A DNA stretch of 64,000 nt from Basidiobolus meristosporus CBS 931.73 (Eukaryota; Fungi; Basidiobolomycota): NCBI GenBank assembly GCA_002104905.1, contig MCFE01000355.1:1-64000 (forward strand), read 5' to 3'. The notes beneath the pieces were generated by a model. It was not told the DNA's origin, did not search any database, and was given only the letters and a program-made list of their open reading frames with translations. Shown here piece after piece: positions 10,719 to 24,121 of this stretch. A program made the position numbers and the translations under genes. Position 1 is the first letter of the stretch, and each line of letters starts with the position of its first letter.

Positions 10719-12091
10719 ACCTGGACGGTGCAAAACACAAAATCAAAGTCTTCTGTGACCATAAGAACCTTGAGTACTTTGCAACTTCCAAAGTACTAAA
10801 CCGGAGACAAGCCAGATGGTCACTCTTCCTGTCCAGCTTTGACTTTACTATCACCTATAGACCTGGTGCAAAGCAAGGAAAGCCTGATGCCCTGTCCAGA
10901 AAAAAGGAATATGCCCTGGAAGAGGGAGATGATGCCTGTCGGCAAATGGAACACCCATTGCTGAGCAAGAAATATTTTGAGATTCTTGCCACCCAGTCCT
11001 GAAGTCTTGTCATCCCTTCATTCCTAGTAAAGATATCAGAATCCCAAGCCTCTGATATGACTTCCAGCACCATCAAGAAATATCTGGAATCCCCAGTTGG
11101 GCCCCCTCCCAAGTTCCCAAACATCCAGAACCTGCATTTGGTAAACAACCTCATCTACCACAAGCAGCAGCTTTATGTCCCAGACCTTGCCACCCAGCTA
11201 GACATCATTAAGTCTTGGCATGATTCAATGGCTGCAGGCCACTTTGGTACTGCCAAAACCTTGAATGCTATCAAAAGAGATTTCTGGTGGCCTAGAATGA
11301 TAACTCTTATCAAAGAGTACATTCTGACTTGTGATATTTGCAACCATGCAAAACCAGCCAGACACCAGCCCTATGGACTTCTTCAACCCCTGCCTATCCC
11401 AGAACACCAATGGAGATCTATATCTATGGACTTCATTACTGACCTCCCTGAGTCATGTGGCTTCAACGCTATACTTGTAGTGGCTGACCGGCTGACCAAG
11501 ATGGCTCACATTATCCCTTGCTGTAAGAACACTGATGCAAAAGAAACTGCTGCTTTAGTCCTGAAGAATATTTTCCACCTTCATGGTATCCCCAGTGATA
11601 TTGTGTCAGATAGAGGCCCACAGTTTGTGTCCAAGTTTTGGAAACACTTCATGCAATACCTTGGTGTTCAAGTCAAGCTCTCTACTGCCTTCCATCCACA
11701 GTCTGATGTCCAGACTGAAAGAATCAACCAGATTCTAGAGCAATACCTCCGGTGCTATATCAATTACCAGCAAGACAATTGGGTTGATCTACTCCCTGCT
11801 GCTGAGTTTGCCTACAACAACTCAAGCCATAGTGCAACCGGCTTTACACCATTCTATGCAAACTATGGATTTCACCCTCAGTTTGATGTCCAGATTCCAA
11901 CAAACCCAATGAGCCCACATGCAGCTGAACATGCCCAAGCAATCCAGGACATCCAGAACAACCTCAAGGAAGAGCTATCCTTAGCTCAGGAAAGCTACAA
12001 GAAATTTGCCAATCTAAAATGGCATCCCAGCCCTGATCTTAATGAAGGAGATTCTGTATGGTTGCTCAGAAGAAACATCAGCACCAACCGC
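10719..12091 (+). pseudogene. pol: Chromovirus A pol part 2: RNase H C-part and integrase
   Basis: DHKNLEYF, LNRRQARW, GHFG...CDIC zinc finger, ISMDFITDLP, VSDRGPQF, FHPQSDVQTER. Stop at 11000-11002. Confidence 0.95.
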
Positions 12092-12899
12092 TGTGGTAGG
12101 GCAAACATACCTCCCACAGAGAAGTTTATTCATATAGTCATTATGATATACATATCCATATTTTATCTTATCAGTATTATCCCATTCTTCTTTTGCCCAT
12201 ATTATCAGTATTATCCCCATATGATGTTTACCCTGATTAGTTATTAGCATTAGTTATCCCAGATGTTATTCAGCTTTGTGATCAGTAGATGTATTTATAT
12301 AAGGCAAGTACCCGCGTCAGTACCCGTGACACCTGAACTAGGTCTGTGTTACCATCCCTACCAATTTAATACCATATATGGTATTTCTATGTTGCACAGG
12401 TTTCAGACTACTGATTCCTGATTGGTTGAGAGTGCTGTGCCTTTTAGAACCTTCCAGGACATTCTTGGCATATTTTTAGCTCATAGTGATGTCATCAAGA
12501 ATTCCACTGATACCTAGAATCTTCTAGAACCTTGTCATTAGTAATCACTTGGCAATTAGGAAAAGTATTTAAGGGAAAGCAATCCCTCATCAATAAATCA
12601 TCCCTTCTATCAGTAACACTTCTACCTTATTGATTAGCAGTTGATCACTGCACCTGCCTTCAACAGTACATCTCAGACCTGCCATCAAGGAGCTTTTCAG
12701 GGTAGTGCACAAGACACACAGAGGCCTTTGGAGACACTTGGAGCACCTAGGAAGCTAGAGAAGCAGGAGCTTTTAATATAGAGACATACTGACAAAGACA
12801 CCAGCAGTTTAGACCCAGAGGTTATTGCACCCATCAGACACCTCACACACCTTGAGTTGTGTAGCTTCTCCCAGGAGTACCTCTACACCACCACATATT

Positions 12900-12916
12900 T
12901 GGCACCCAACGTGGGG
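12900..12916 (+). other. tRNA-Lys primer-binding site
   Basis: TGGCACCCAACGTGGGG matches the known tRNA-Lys(CUU) PBS TGGCGCCCAACGTGGGG with one CpG>CpA change. Confidence 0.8.
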
Positions 12917-12969
12917 GGTTTGACTGAACTGCCCCTAGAAGACTTAAGAAAGAACAAATTATCAAGACC

Positions 12970-14825
12970 ATGGATCTACCTTTACCAGGAATGCAAGGAA
13001 CCCCGTTCTTTGATGGAACTAAAGTCAAAGCTTTCATCAAGAGGTGGGACCTTTTCTGCAGAGCCCACAAAATACCTGAGGCCATTATGGCTGAAGAGAT
13101 GCCCCCCTACAGCACTGATGAGATCATGCTCTCATTATATGAAAGAAATGATCTGCTGACAAATTGGACCCTGTTGAAGAGCTACTTGACTGATGAATAT
13201 GGAGAGAGACAAGTTGACTACACACTTCAAGACTTGGAGAACTTTGCTTATAGCAAGTTTAAGCTTCTACCATTGAAAGAATACTTGAGTGGCCTTGAGC
13301 AAATTGGAGAGTCACTGAAAGCCCAAGGCATTATCACTGATCTGACTTTATCTGCCTATCTTCTCAGAGCACTACCAGAAGGCCTGGTGAGATGGATTAA
13401 AACAATCCTATTGTGAAAGCTATGAGTTCACTGCCTGCATTTCAGTTAGCTAAGCAGATTCTACTTGCCCCTGAAGAAACCTCACCAATCAGAAAGCTTC
13501 TTTCAAGCCCAGAACAAAACCAAGATAGCCAAGACATACTTGATCCCAGCAATCAAAGCACTCAAATTCAGGAGCTGACACAGCAACTAGAGAAACTCAC
13601 TTTGCTACTTGCCAGTAAAGCATATGGTCAGAAGCCAGTAGAGAAAGAAGTTAAATATACATGCATGTGGTGTGACTCTGCCAACCATTCCAAGAGAAAT
13701 TGCCAAGAGCTTCAGTCAATACTATCCACAGGTGATGTTCTATATAGTCCTCAGGGATACATAGTCAGTAAGCATGGTGACAAATTATCCACAGCATTTG
13801 GACAAGGAGGAATGAGAGTTCACTACAAGCAAGTCACCTCTCATACAAGAAAGGTTCACCTCCATGAAGAAGAAGATCCTGACTACTTTGATCCAGCTGA
13901 AGTTCTGAACTTTGACTATGAGGACCCCAGAGAGGCCCAAGATCATATAGCTTCAATTTATGCTTCAAAGAGACACCATCCTGAAAAAATGGCTAATCCA
14001 GGCCCAGCAACAAAAGTACCAAGATGTGAGCCAGAAGTTGTGATTGAGAAGAAAGCATCACCCCCATTAATTTTACAAGAGTCTGCCAAGACCAACAACT
14101 ACCACATGCAGCCTAGAGTCAAGCAAAATGGTACCCCAGAGGCTCTGACAAGTCATATACTAGGAAGCAACATATCAATCAAGGTTGGAGAGCTATTCAG
14201 TGTATCACCATCTGTAAGAAAGACTCTGGATGAGCATATCAGAATAAGAAAGCATCCAATTGAAGCAACTCAAGGCAACCAGGTCAGGACAGTTCAAGGA
14301 AGCCAAGATATCAGTAAGCTGCATCAAAGCCAGAAACACTACTACTCAGTGGCAACTGCAACAACTACAGGAACTGTGCATAATCAAGAAATCCTATGTC
14401 ATATAGACAGTGGATCTGAGATATGTGTGATGCCTTTGGAGGCTTGGAAACAACTACCATGCAAAGACCTATTGCCCATAGACACCAATATCAATTGGAG
14501 CATGAAGGATGCCAACTCAGGGCAATCAAAGCTTTTAGGAATTATTCACAGCTTCCCTCTCATCATTGAAGGAATACCCCATGAGATCCCAGTATTCATT
14601 TGTGCAAAGGCTAACTTTGAATTACTTCTTGGAAGACCATGGGAGGTGAAAGCAAGAGCAACTGCAGTGAACTACCCAGATGCTTCAGCATGGTATACTA
14701 TATACTCAGAGAGCCCAGGACTAACAGCAACCTTCTGTGGTGTGGACTCAACCAATATCCGATCAATGACATCATGTAGATTTCTATCTCAAGAAAGGAC
14801 AGGTGGCTTCATTGAGGAAGACTGA
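12970..14825 (+). pseudogene. gag: Family B gag-protease, split by a 1-nt frameshift near 13413
   Basis: PFFDG..VKAFI..W capsid start, CMWCDSANHSKRNC knuckle, HIDSGSEICVM protease site, FELLLGRPW. Confidence 0.85.
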
Positions 14826-15706
14826 GAGAGCACTTTGTTCTCCAAACTTATAGTGGTTAGCTAAAAAGTTCCCTGAAACTTTTAGCTCAAGTGGGGGGTG
14901 GATGTGGTAGGGTAAACATACCTCCCACAGACAAGTTTATTCATATAGTCATTATGATATACTTATCCATATTTTATCTTATCAGTATTATTCCATTCTT
15001 CTTTTGCCCATATTATTAGTATTATCCCCATATGATGTTTACCCTGATTAGTTATTAGCATTAGTTATCCCAGATGTTATTCAGCTTTGTGATCAGTAGA
15101 TGTATTTATATAAGGCAAGTACCCGCGTCAGTACCCGTGACACCTGAACTAGGTCTGTGTTACCATCCCTACCAATTTAATACCATATATGGTATTTCTA
15201 TGTTGCACAGGTTTCAGACTACTGATTCCTGATTGGTTGAGAGTGCTGTGCCTTTTAGAACCTTCCAGGACATTCTTGGCATATTTTTAGCTCATAGTGA
15301 TGTCATCAAGAATTCCACTGATACCTAGAATCTTCTAGAACCTTGTCATTAGTAATCACTTGGCAATTAGGAAAAGTATTTAAGGGAAAGCAATCCCTCA
15401 TCAATAAATCATCCCTTCTATCAGTAACACTTCTACCTTATTGATTAGCAGTTGATCACTGCACCTGCCTTCAACAGTACATCTCAGACCTGCCATCAAG
15501 GAGCTTTTCAGGGTAGTGCACAAGACACACAGAGGCCTTTGGAGACACTTGGAGCACCTAGGAAGCTAGAGAAGCAGGAGCTTTTACCATAGAGACATAC
15601 TGACAAAGACACCAGCAGTTTAGACCCAGAGGTTATTGCACCCATCAGACATCTCACACACCTTGAGTTGTGTAGCTTCTCCCAGGAGTACCTCTACACC
15701 ACCACA

Positions 15707-16127
15707 CCGCCCTTGTGACAAGTTGGATTTCAAGAAACTTGGTCCCTTCAAGATCAAGAAGAAGCTTAGCCCTATAGTATATCAGCTACAGTTACCAGCA
15801 AGTATGAAAATCCATGATACTTTCCATGTGTCCCTCCTGGAGCCGTATTGTAGGAACACATTGCCAAACTGGCAAGAAGCAAAGCCCCAAGCCATCCAGG
15901 TTGACCAACATCAAGAACTTGAAGTTAAACAGGTTCTAGACTCCAAGTATATCCGGTCAAAGCTGTACTACTTAGTAGACTGGATTGGTTATGATCCAAG
16001 TGACCAAACATGGGAACCAGCTACCCATCTCACTAATTGTCAAGATCTAGTTACCCAGTTCCACCAACAATATCCTGCAAAACCTGCCCCAAAGGGAAAC
16101 AGAGCTTTGCCTGGAAGAGGAGAATAG
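15707..16127 (+). pseudogene. pol: Chromovirus A pol part 3: integrase GPF/Y region and chromodomain
   Basis: KKLGPFKI, IHDTFHVSLLEP, EVKQVLDSK...YYLVDWIGYDPSDQTWEPATHL. Confidence 0.95.
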
Positions 16128-18591
16128 TGTCATGATCACATGACAACCATGAACACCCATGCCAAGTTTCAGCTTCCTAGCGCAATTTCTAAGAGATTCC
16201 TTCTGGAACCTTCTACCACCTTCCAGAAAGTTCCTGAACATTCCAAACCTTTGTTACACAATGGAACATTCCGTGGAAGCTTTCCATTGTATTTTTCATA
16301 GTCCAGTACCATATATGGAAATACCAGGTCACATGACTTAGTCACATGATCAGGTGACCCAATCCATTTCCCCATCCTGTCTCAGTGCCGTGTCATCTAT
16401 GTCATTACCCCCAGCACCATTGCTGTGCCTCACCCCACAACTCCATTAGTATTAGCTAATAGACTTGTTCCATCGTACCGTGCGAGGGCGCGCGGCGCGA
16501 TCCACGGTCGCAAAGAACAATTGGGCGCGATATTATGGCTACCAGAAGACAGGATCGTTCTTGGACGATTTCGCACTATGCGGGACAATCTCGCACACTA
16601 TGGCACAATCTGACACGATGAGGTTGGCACGGATGATCGCGCCAACTCGTAATGTTTGCATCACGTTCGCGATTGGATACCGCTATAATGGCAGGTAAAA
16701 TCCGGTATTTGGATATGTTTCTTTAATGTAAATGGAAATAAATGTGTATCACACTATAAACTATACTGATACTTACCATTTTGGTTACCCTCACTCCAAT
16801 TGGACGGTATCTCAGTGGTTAATTGGTCCAAAAGTATCCTGAAGCTGGCATCCCCCAATTGGCTCATTGACTACTAAAAAAGCTACCTGATTCGCCAACA
16901 AATATCCCATTTTGCCCATTGAGCAAGTAAATCCCTGATCCTAGTGATTGGGCAAGGTGTCATAGCTAGCACGCAGCGATCGTGTAGGTGCGGAACAGAT
17001 CCAATTGCTGCACTGGTATTACAGATGACGTATATATATGCAGGGTGTTTATTTATAGGGGTTCTGTCTCAAATGTGAGACAACCTTGATATTACTTATA
17101 TCAAAAATTTGATGATCACTGATTTGTGATGGCTTGATTCGGATCGCAAAAAAAAAGGGTTGTCGGGATCATTACAAATGTGAGCGATTCAAAGCGATCG
17201 CATCATCTTCTCCTGGGTTTTTTTCTCACAGGGATTACTACTGAAGCATTTGGTAGTGACTCACTTTGCACACCTATACTACTTCCAGGCTGACTATCAT
17301 CTTGGCTACTTGTGTATTTGTAGTCAGTATTTTGCCTCCTAGTTGATGACTGCGATGCTGCAGCTTGGCCGCGCTGAATCTCTCCGACTGAACTAACTGA
17401 ACCGGCCTGTAGTGCCACGCGCTGACGCGTTCTTTTACTTGCCAAGGGCTCTGGTGGTTGAGGCACTTCATGTTGGTCATCATCAGTCAGTTCACCAGAA
17501 GTAACTCGCTGATGGTTGGGCGAAACGGCACGCACAGGCGCGCCTTGACGCGTTGAGATGGCCCTTGGCTGAGTTCGATGGGATGCCGCATGTTGACGCA
17601 ACTCAGTCCGCTCCAATGGACTCGTGTCTAAATGAGCAGTTTGGCGAGTTCTCGTAGTTTTGCTCTGAAGCGCGTGCGTTGACCCGACGCGCGTTGACTC
17701 GACGCGGGGCGTTCTGGTAAAGGGTGTTGGCGTGGTCTGGACTGTGTGGCAAGTACAAGGCACACTGTGTGAAGTTTCAAGCACTGTCTGACATTGAGGG
17801 CAACATCATCTGGTTTAGTGGGCCATTTGCTGGAAGTAGGCATGACAAAGCACTCTGGGTAGAGAATCATCCTGAATTCTGTAGAGGGGAGAAATGTATG
17901 GCAGACTTAGCCTATATAGGAGAGGATTGTCAGAGATTAGGATGTATTACAGCTTATAGGAAGCCAAGGAATGGTGTGCTTAGCAGGAAGCAGAAGCTCT
18001 ACAATGAGATATTTAATCATTTCAGAGTGAGGGTAGAGCACACATTTGGATATCTGAAGAGATTCAGCATATTGGCAGGTAAATACAGAGGAAAGTCATA
18101 TATAGGTGAAAACAGCAGGATAGGTAAAATAGTTAAGATACTTATTCATGCACAGTATGTTCATACAAGAAGACATCCACTGAGAGAAATGTGTCTGGAG
18201 CATTTTGAAGAGTAAATAAAGCAAGGAAAGCACTATTCTGAGCAACATATAAGTAAGATTGAGTAAAATTACCAGTAACTGTATCATACCACTGGCATTG
18301 TGGTAGAAATTATAGTGCCAGATAGTGCCGTAGAGTGCCAGATCAATCCGGCACTATAAACAGGCTGGCACTATGTGGCACTATCCAACGGAACAAGTCT
18401 AATATCTCTCAGCATCAGTATAGCCAAAAAGTATATATAGTCTTATCCCCCCTTAAGTATTCCTCAGTCTGATAAACACAGGTCTTGAATAAACAGCCTT
18501 GCCTTGAATCCTGCCTTGCCCTGATGGTCCACACCTAAGTCCTTTCCTGCCGTGCCTAGCTTTTCCTCCTGCCTTGTGTCTATTCATAACA
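16128..18591 (+). repeat. 3' LTR of chromovirus A, interrupted by PHIS copy 2
   Basis: Matches 3722-4242 on both sides of 16461-18400. Confidence 0.95.
16461..18400. mobile_element. PHIS copy 2, internal-deletion derivative (1940 bp)
   Basis: Both termini present; TSD AAT, and the empty site at ~4050 reads GCTAATATC. The ORF2 3' half (-) is joined at ~17742 to the transposase 3' half (+). Confidence 0.92.
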
Positions 18592-18849
18592 CTGTCAGCC
18601 CCAAACAGGCAGAATCTCATCACAGCCAGGAGGAACTACCAACAAGAAAAAAGCGGTTTTCTTAAGAGTCAGAAACAAAGCTAGTTCAGCTACACTCCAG
18701 TAGGTAAATGAGTTTGCAGTGAATGGCAACTTGTCTACCACAGCCTCCATGTCCTCCATTGCTGACAGAGTGGAGATCCTGCTCATAGTCAAAGTATGGA
18801 CATGCTGAGCCTCATAGGGCCTTGTGGTTCCTACTTAGAGCATTTTAAC

Positions 18850-19200
18850 TCACTCTGATGTCATTATATTTAATACTTATTGCTGGAATCTTCTGGAACA
18901 ACATGATCAGTACTTATTTAGCCAGAAAGAGTAGCGTATGATGGAGACACTCCCTCAGCAATGAATCATTATCCTTTTTATCAGAATTGAACTTGTTGAT
19001 TAGAGCGGCCACTGCTACCTGCTACTACTCAAACTTCCAATTGAAGACCACTGCACATGCCAAAGAGACCATTCTGACAGCCAACTGACTTTGGAGGCCC
19101 TGCTTGTGGGCAATCTCACAGTTGGTATCTATTATTATACTTGATTATTTCAAAGTTTGTTCTTGCTCAAGTTGATACACCTTACTGTCTTTGCAACTTC
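18850..19200 (+). repeat. Fragment of a B'-like LTR
   Basis: Aligns by eye to ~31600-31870 (e.g. CTGACAGCCAACTGACYTTGGAGGC). Confidence 0.6.
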
Positions 19201-22200
19201 CCATGCAGAATTGTTTGGTCCTGCAGGTGGATCCAGTCCAGATCAGCCATCAGGATCCTGTCAGGAAACTGCTATATTACCAGCAGCTTGGAGTTAATGG
19301 CCTTCTACACAGCCTTATAATGCAATTACAATGGCATATTGCTAACCTTACAGCCCAATAAAGTTGAAAAATATAAAAGTGTTTGTACAGTGTCTTGTCA
19401 AGAGTAGCAGGGCATTGTTGCAGTCTTAGTGTACTTAACAACTACTTGAGTAGATCTAACTGGCCAGTACATCCAATTGTCTTATATGGCTAAAAGCTTG
19501 ATGGTGCTTTGGTGGCCTCTTTGCAAGCCTTTGATTGCATTATAACAGCAGTATGGTGGTCTACAGCTAGCTCTGTATAATGCTGCCGTACCAATTTACC
19601 AAATGGTATTTTCCTTTTCTACCTCCCCTTACGCAATTTATATACTGCACTATAGCATCACCACTCTTGATTTGCCTACCCACTCCTACCTTAGGTACTC
19701 CGCATATAGTCTGAGTTAGAAAATACTATGGCCTCCTGCTTACTAACCACTACAAATACACACACCTGCTGCAATTAACATACTTCTATGACATCCACTT
19801 TTGGGATTTTTAGTGTGATACTTGCAAAGCTGCCATATATCTTGTATTGTTGGTAACATATACATCTTGCAAACATATGCTTGGTTGCTGCCATATCTGC
19901 CATCATTACCTCCTGAATATCTGAAAAAAACCTTTTGATACTTAGCCAATATATTCCTTCTCACTGCTGGCTTTAAGTCCCTGTTATAGGTGTGTTCTGA
20001 CTCTTGTTTATGTTAATTCTGCATTGAATGGTGTAGGAATTGGCTTGTGACCAAGTGAAATCTGGCTTACCATTGTAGATATTCCCTAATAAAATTTTGT
20101 GCTTGTTGCACCTACCTTAACTTTGCATTACTTAATTGATTACCCACACATTGGGGATGCTCAGCTTCATAATGCCATAGGCATAGGTGTTTCCATGCGC
20201 ATATCTGTCCTCAGTGTTTTCCAACTCTTCCTGGTTTTCCTACATGGGCCTACTTATCACAGTCATGATGAGCTTCAAGGTACTATTGTTGATGAGATTG
20301 GGATATAATAGTACCTACAACTTGACTTGTCTTCCTGTCTCCCCACAGATCCACTCCATAGGAAACTCCCAAAAGGTAAAGCAAGGTCAATGCTCTCAAC
20401 ACACCAAGCAAGATGGAATAGCAAATAGATACATTAGCAGCAGAGATCTACACATTCAGCTTTATGCTTGTAGTATAGCCGCATAAATCCTGATGCAAAC
20501 TCTTAGCACAAAAGCTCTAGATGTGGCATGTGGGCAAATGTGATCCACTTCTGGGTAAGTATTCCAACAATGCCCACATACAAGTTTCAATGCTTCCAAC
20601 GTACTCTTGGTGGAAATGGCTTCAGAAGGCCACTTGAATAATTACATATCCAGCTCATCCTGTCCTTGCACTTGTATTGTTGCATATATGTATGAATGTT
20701 TATTGGAGCCTGCAAGTAATGCTTAGGGTAGTGGATACTCTGTAATATCTTGCCAATTCCTTTAAATTTCTCTGGTATCCCAAAGGGCTCATTTAGCTTG
20801 AGATGCTTCATGTACAACTTGGCTGTCAGTGTAGGAATATTGTTGAAAAGTAAATGCATTGCTCCCAGTGCAAAGCTTTTGCTCCTACAGATACCCTATA
20901 TCTTAAGTATCTCTAGTTTCCATTTAATTCCGTATTCCAGCCAATGGCCAATAGCTTGACAACTTTGCTACATATGCATGCTGACTTCTGTATATTTGCT
21001 CTGCAGAAAAATGATGTTCTTAGTGTTGGTGTTTGGGTAACAATAATGTGTGGGAGTCATACAGTAAGTTCCCTGAATCTCACACATTTGACAGCAATAT
21101 TATCCAATGTGCCCAAAAAAGCTAGCTATCTTGCTGATGGCTGTGGCATCTTCATTGCAGATAATAATATGAACTTTGACATGATGGCCATTTACTGTTT
21201 TACTGCTGGAAAGCATACAAGAATCATCTACAATGGATACAGGTAGCTATCCAGGCTGGATGGTGATTTAGGCTAGATACCAATGAGACTACCATCAAAT
21301 TTCTGCTCTGATACTGTAGGATGTGCGGCAGTTTGGGATGATGAGAGTCAGTAGCCAGCAGGATATGCTGGTAGAGTAATTGTTTAATGAGAATCCATCA
21401 AGTGCCAAGGCAAAGGCATGGTCATACATACTTTCAAGGTAGCCTTGCTTCTTAGCTGTCTATAATGTCTGCGATTAAATATAAGGGATATGTTTGGGCT
21501 TTATTGCCGCTCAGTGCAGTACTTTGCAGCTTCACAATATTTGTTGGACTGCATGAGCTTCTTTAGATGAGGTACTACTGGAATACATCTGGATTGTCAA
21601 AAATGTTTTCCACAATGGTGGTGAGTTCCTAACAAGTTGGATACCTTGCAATAGTGGCATTTTCCAATGTGAATGCCATGCCACTGTGAACACATAGAGG
21701 TATCAGGACAGTCTCTGGGTCATATATTGCCAGCCTCATGATGGGTGTCCATTTATTCCATGTACATGGTAAGTTGCATCCTAGGATTATTTTGGCAAGA
21801 AATAGTAGTAAATCCTCAAAGCCCCTATTACTGATATCAGTGGAAACACACTACTTTGCTAGCCACAATATCACATCATTCATCAATAGATGGATTACAG
21901 GGCTCACTTGACTCCATAAAGTATCCTGAGTATTTTCTCCTCAGGTGTTGTCTCATTGCATAATGGGATTTTGTCAGGCTCATGCAGGGTACATTTGTTA
22001 AGGAAGATAGGTGCACAATCCATCTGTAGGCTGGCATCTTCAGAGCTATCACTCTGTGTGCTATATTCAGAAGGCTGGGTTGAGCCTAAAGGTGCCACAA
22101 AATCTCCTGACTCAGCTTGTGCAAGGTGACAAGTACAGCTAGATGCCATTATAAAAATATTAAGTGGCCAGCCGGATACTGTTAGTACAGTAGGAACTGA

Positions 22201-24121
22201 TAAATGGTCTAATACAACTAGTGTGGCAAAACACTGGCTGTGATCCTTGTAAAACTTCCTATGCTGTCTGCATGCTTCATGGCTGAGAGGCTTGCTACAA
22301 TAGCCACATGTTATTCTTTATCTTCTCTTACAGCATTGTATCAAAGTAGTCTTGACCATGGGGTAAATAGTTTGACACTAAACAATGTAACACTATTATA
22401 TCACTTTTTGTCAATACTCATGTGAGTTTAAGACAATTTTGTATTGAATATTTTGCACCTACATGAATGTAAGATTCAATGCCACAATATGCATTGTAGA
22501 TTAAGTTGTTTCCCTGTATACACATGTATATATAACTACTTTTCCCCCTTAGTTTGACTCACTTCCATTTATATACCACCAATAATAAAACAAACTTGTC
22601 TGGTTCCCAACCAAGCCCCACCACTGACAGCAGCAGAAGAGCATTTGGACAACAACTTGCTTTGACATTCAGCGCAACAAGTGGGGTACAACCTAAAAAG
22701 ACCCTGTGGACAGTAGACTTATTCTGCTGCATAGTGCCGCATTGGGTCATGAATGCCAAATGATGCCAAAGTGTGCCAGGGAGGCCAAGTGGACCTATAC
22801 CTGGCCACAGAGTGCAAAGCATGGTTTTACATTGTTATGCAACGCAGCCTCTGTGATCCACTCATTATGTGCTCCAAACAAACCTCAAAGAGACATCAGG
22901 TAGCGGTCTCTCAAAAGCAGGGCTGCAAGTTTCAAACAAGCATCAAAGAAATGTCAGACTGCTGGTAGAGTGCTAGCAAGGGAAAATCAGGCCTGAGCAA
23001 ATGCTTCAGGGCAGTATTTGTCAAGGAGAAAGCATAGTCCTATACAAGAAGCACTCAAACTAAGTAGTAGCAAAAGACCTTGCAGTGATAAAGGAAAAGG
23101 TATAGGGAAAAAAGTCTGCCCAAGCCAGATACAGGGAAGCATGAGAAAAAAGCTGCAGTTCTTGCTAACTACCACTGTAAGCCCAGAACAGACTGAATCC
23201 CATCTTAGCCAAGAAGAAATACCAACAAGAAAATAGCTATTTTTGCAAGAGTTGGAAGTGCAGCCAGTTGAGCTATGCCTCCTGTGAGGTCAATGAGTTT
23301 GCAGAGAAAGGCAATTTGTCTACCACAGCCTCCACATCCTACATTGTTAACAGAGTGGAGGTCTCACTAACAGACAAAGTAAAAATGTCAAGAACTCAAA
23401 AGCTATCACTTTGCCTTCAGTGGAGTTTTGGAACATTAACATGCACAACAAGAGGTTGCAGCACTTCTTCAAGAGCAGTGCTCAAAAACACATACTTGAA
23501 TTTTGTAAGGATTTTTTGCAAAGACTGGCAGATGAGGTACTAGACCTTGAAGTATTGGCTGAAGAGCAGGATGCGTGGGAGCTAGTGAATGAACAGTGTC
23601 ATAAAGCCATAGGGTCCCCGCTAAAGTCATGGAAACAGAGCATTACAGCAGAAATACTTAGTGAGTGGTGTATTTTAATGGAGTTACTTGTTGAGTGTAG
23701 GGTAGGGCTTAATGTTAGTGTAGAATATAGGGACTTGTATAGGCCAACACAATTTGCAATGGAGGTACTACTGAGGTTTCAACGGAAATTAATCAGTTTC
23801 TATGCATACAAAGTAAGAGCAATGGTTGAGTCAGAAAGTAAGGATTGTGAAAAAGAGGCACTAGCTAATCAATGCACACAATCATAGGAGGTGATAGAGT
23901 GTCCAGGGTCAGAAAGTGAGAAAATTGTCAGAGAACCAATCAAAAGCCACTTTTGTATTGTTGTGATGAAAATTTTGATAAAGTTTTTTGTGAAATCTGG
24001 GGTACAGTTATTTTTTGACAGTCTTTGCACAGTGTCCTGAAGAGATCAATACCTCTCAGTCACATGACTAAGAGTTTGTGACTGCCTTTTGATGGGATCA
24101 TCACAATAACTTTTCATGGGG
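19200..24121. mobile_element. CACTA copy 2, decayed (transposase on -, ORF2 on +), ORF2-side terminus at 24121
   Basis: Collinear with the other copies. Ends ...ACTTTTCATGGGG, a degenerate reverse complement of the CCCTATGAAAAAT TIR. Confidence 0.75.
22715..22853. mobile_element. Terminal fragment of the PHIS fold-back MITE
   Basis: AGACTTATTCTG... preceded by AGT (ANT); matches the MITE arm at 34185. Confidence 0.75.

Larger units (their letters stand above)
12092..15706 (+). mobile_element. Gypsy-type LTR element family B, 3615 bp, Gag-protease only (non-autonomous)
   Basis: 804-bp LTRs (12092-12895, 14903-15706) differing at only ~8-9 positions. 4-bp TSD CCGC; removal restores integrase STNRPCDKL. 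PPT AAGTGGGGGGTGGA at 14889-14902. No RT, RH or IN. Confidence 0.95.
3722..18591 (+). mobile_element. Ty3/Gypsy chromovirus (Tf1/sushi-like, family A), full length, carrying three nested insertions
   Basis: TG...CA LTRs (3722-4242; 16128-18591, interrupted). 5-bp TSD CTGTC (3717-3721, 18592-18596). Gene order gag-PR-RT-RH-IN-chromodomain. PPT GGAAGAGGAGAATAG at 16113-16127. Confidence 0.97.

Noticed and set aside
7308-10720. 5-bp (TANTA) or 1-bp TSD for the PHIS element
   Set aside because: The 5-bp reading gives mismatches at three sites (CACTA/TACTA, TATTA/TATTT, CAATA/TAATA). The 3-bp ANT reading is perfect at all six two-ended insertions and fits a known group. The 1-bp reading is formally equivalent but less parsimonious.
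10478-10762. 77-94 aa ORF open in three PHIS copies (also 16465-16698, 26079-26312)
   Set aside because: It starts at a non-ATG codon in or beyond the TIR, has no recognisable motif, and the copies are too similar for a shared open frame to indicate selection.
13400-13420. Programmed frameshift between the two family-B ORFs
   Set aside because: It falls in mid-Gag with no XXXYYYZ heptamer or downstream stem; a 1-nt mutation is simpler.
17724-18215. 163-aa ORF as a separate gene
   Set aside because: It is the transposase 3' half with an artificial start created by the deletion junction.
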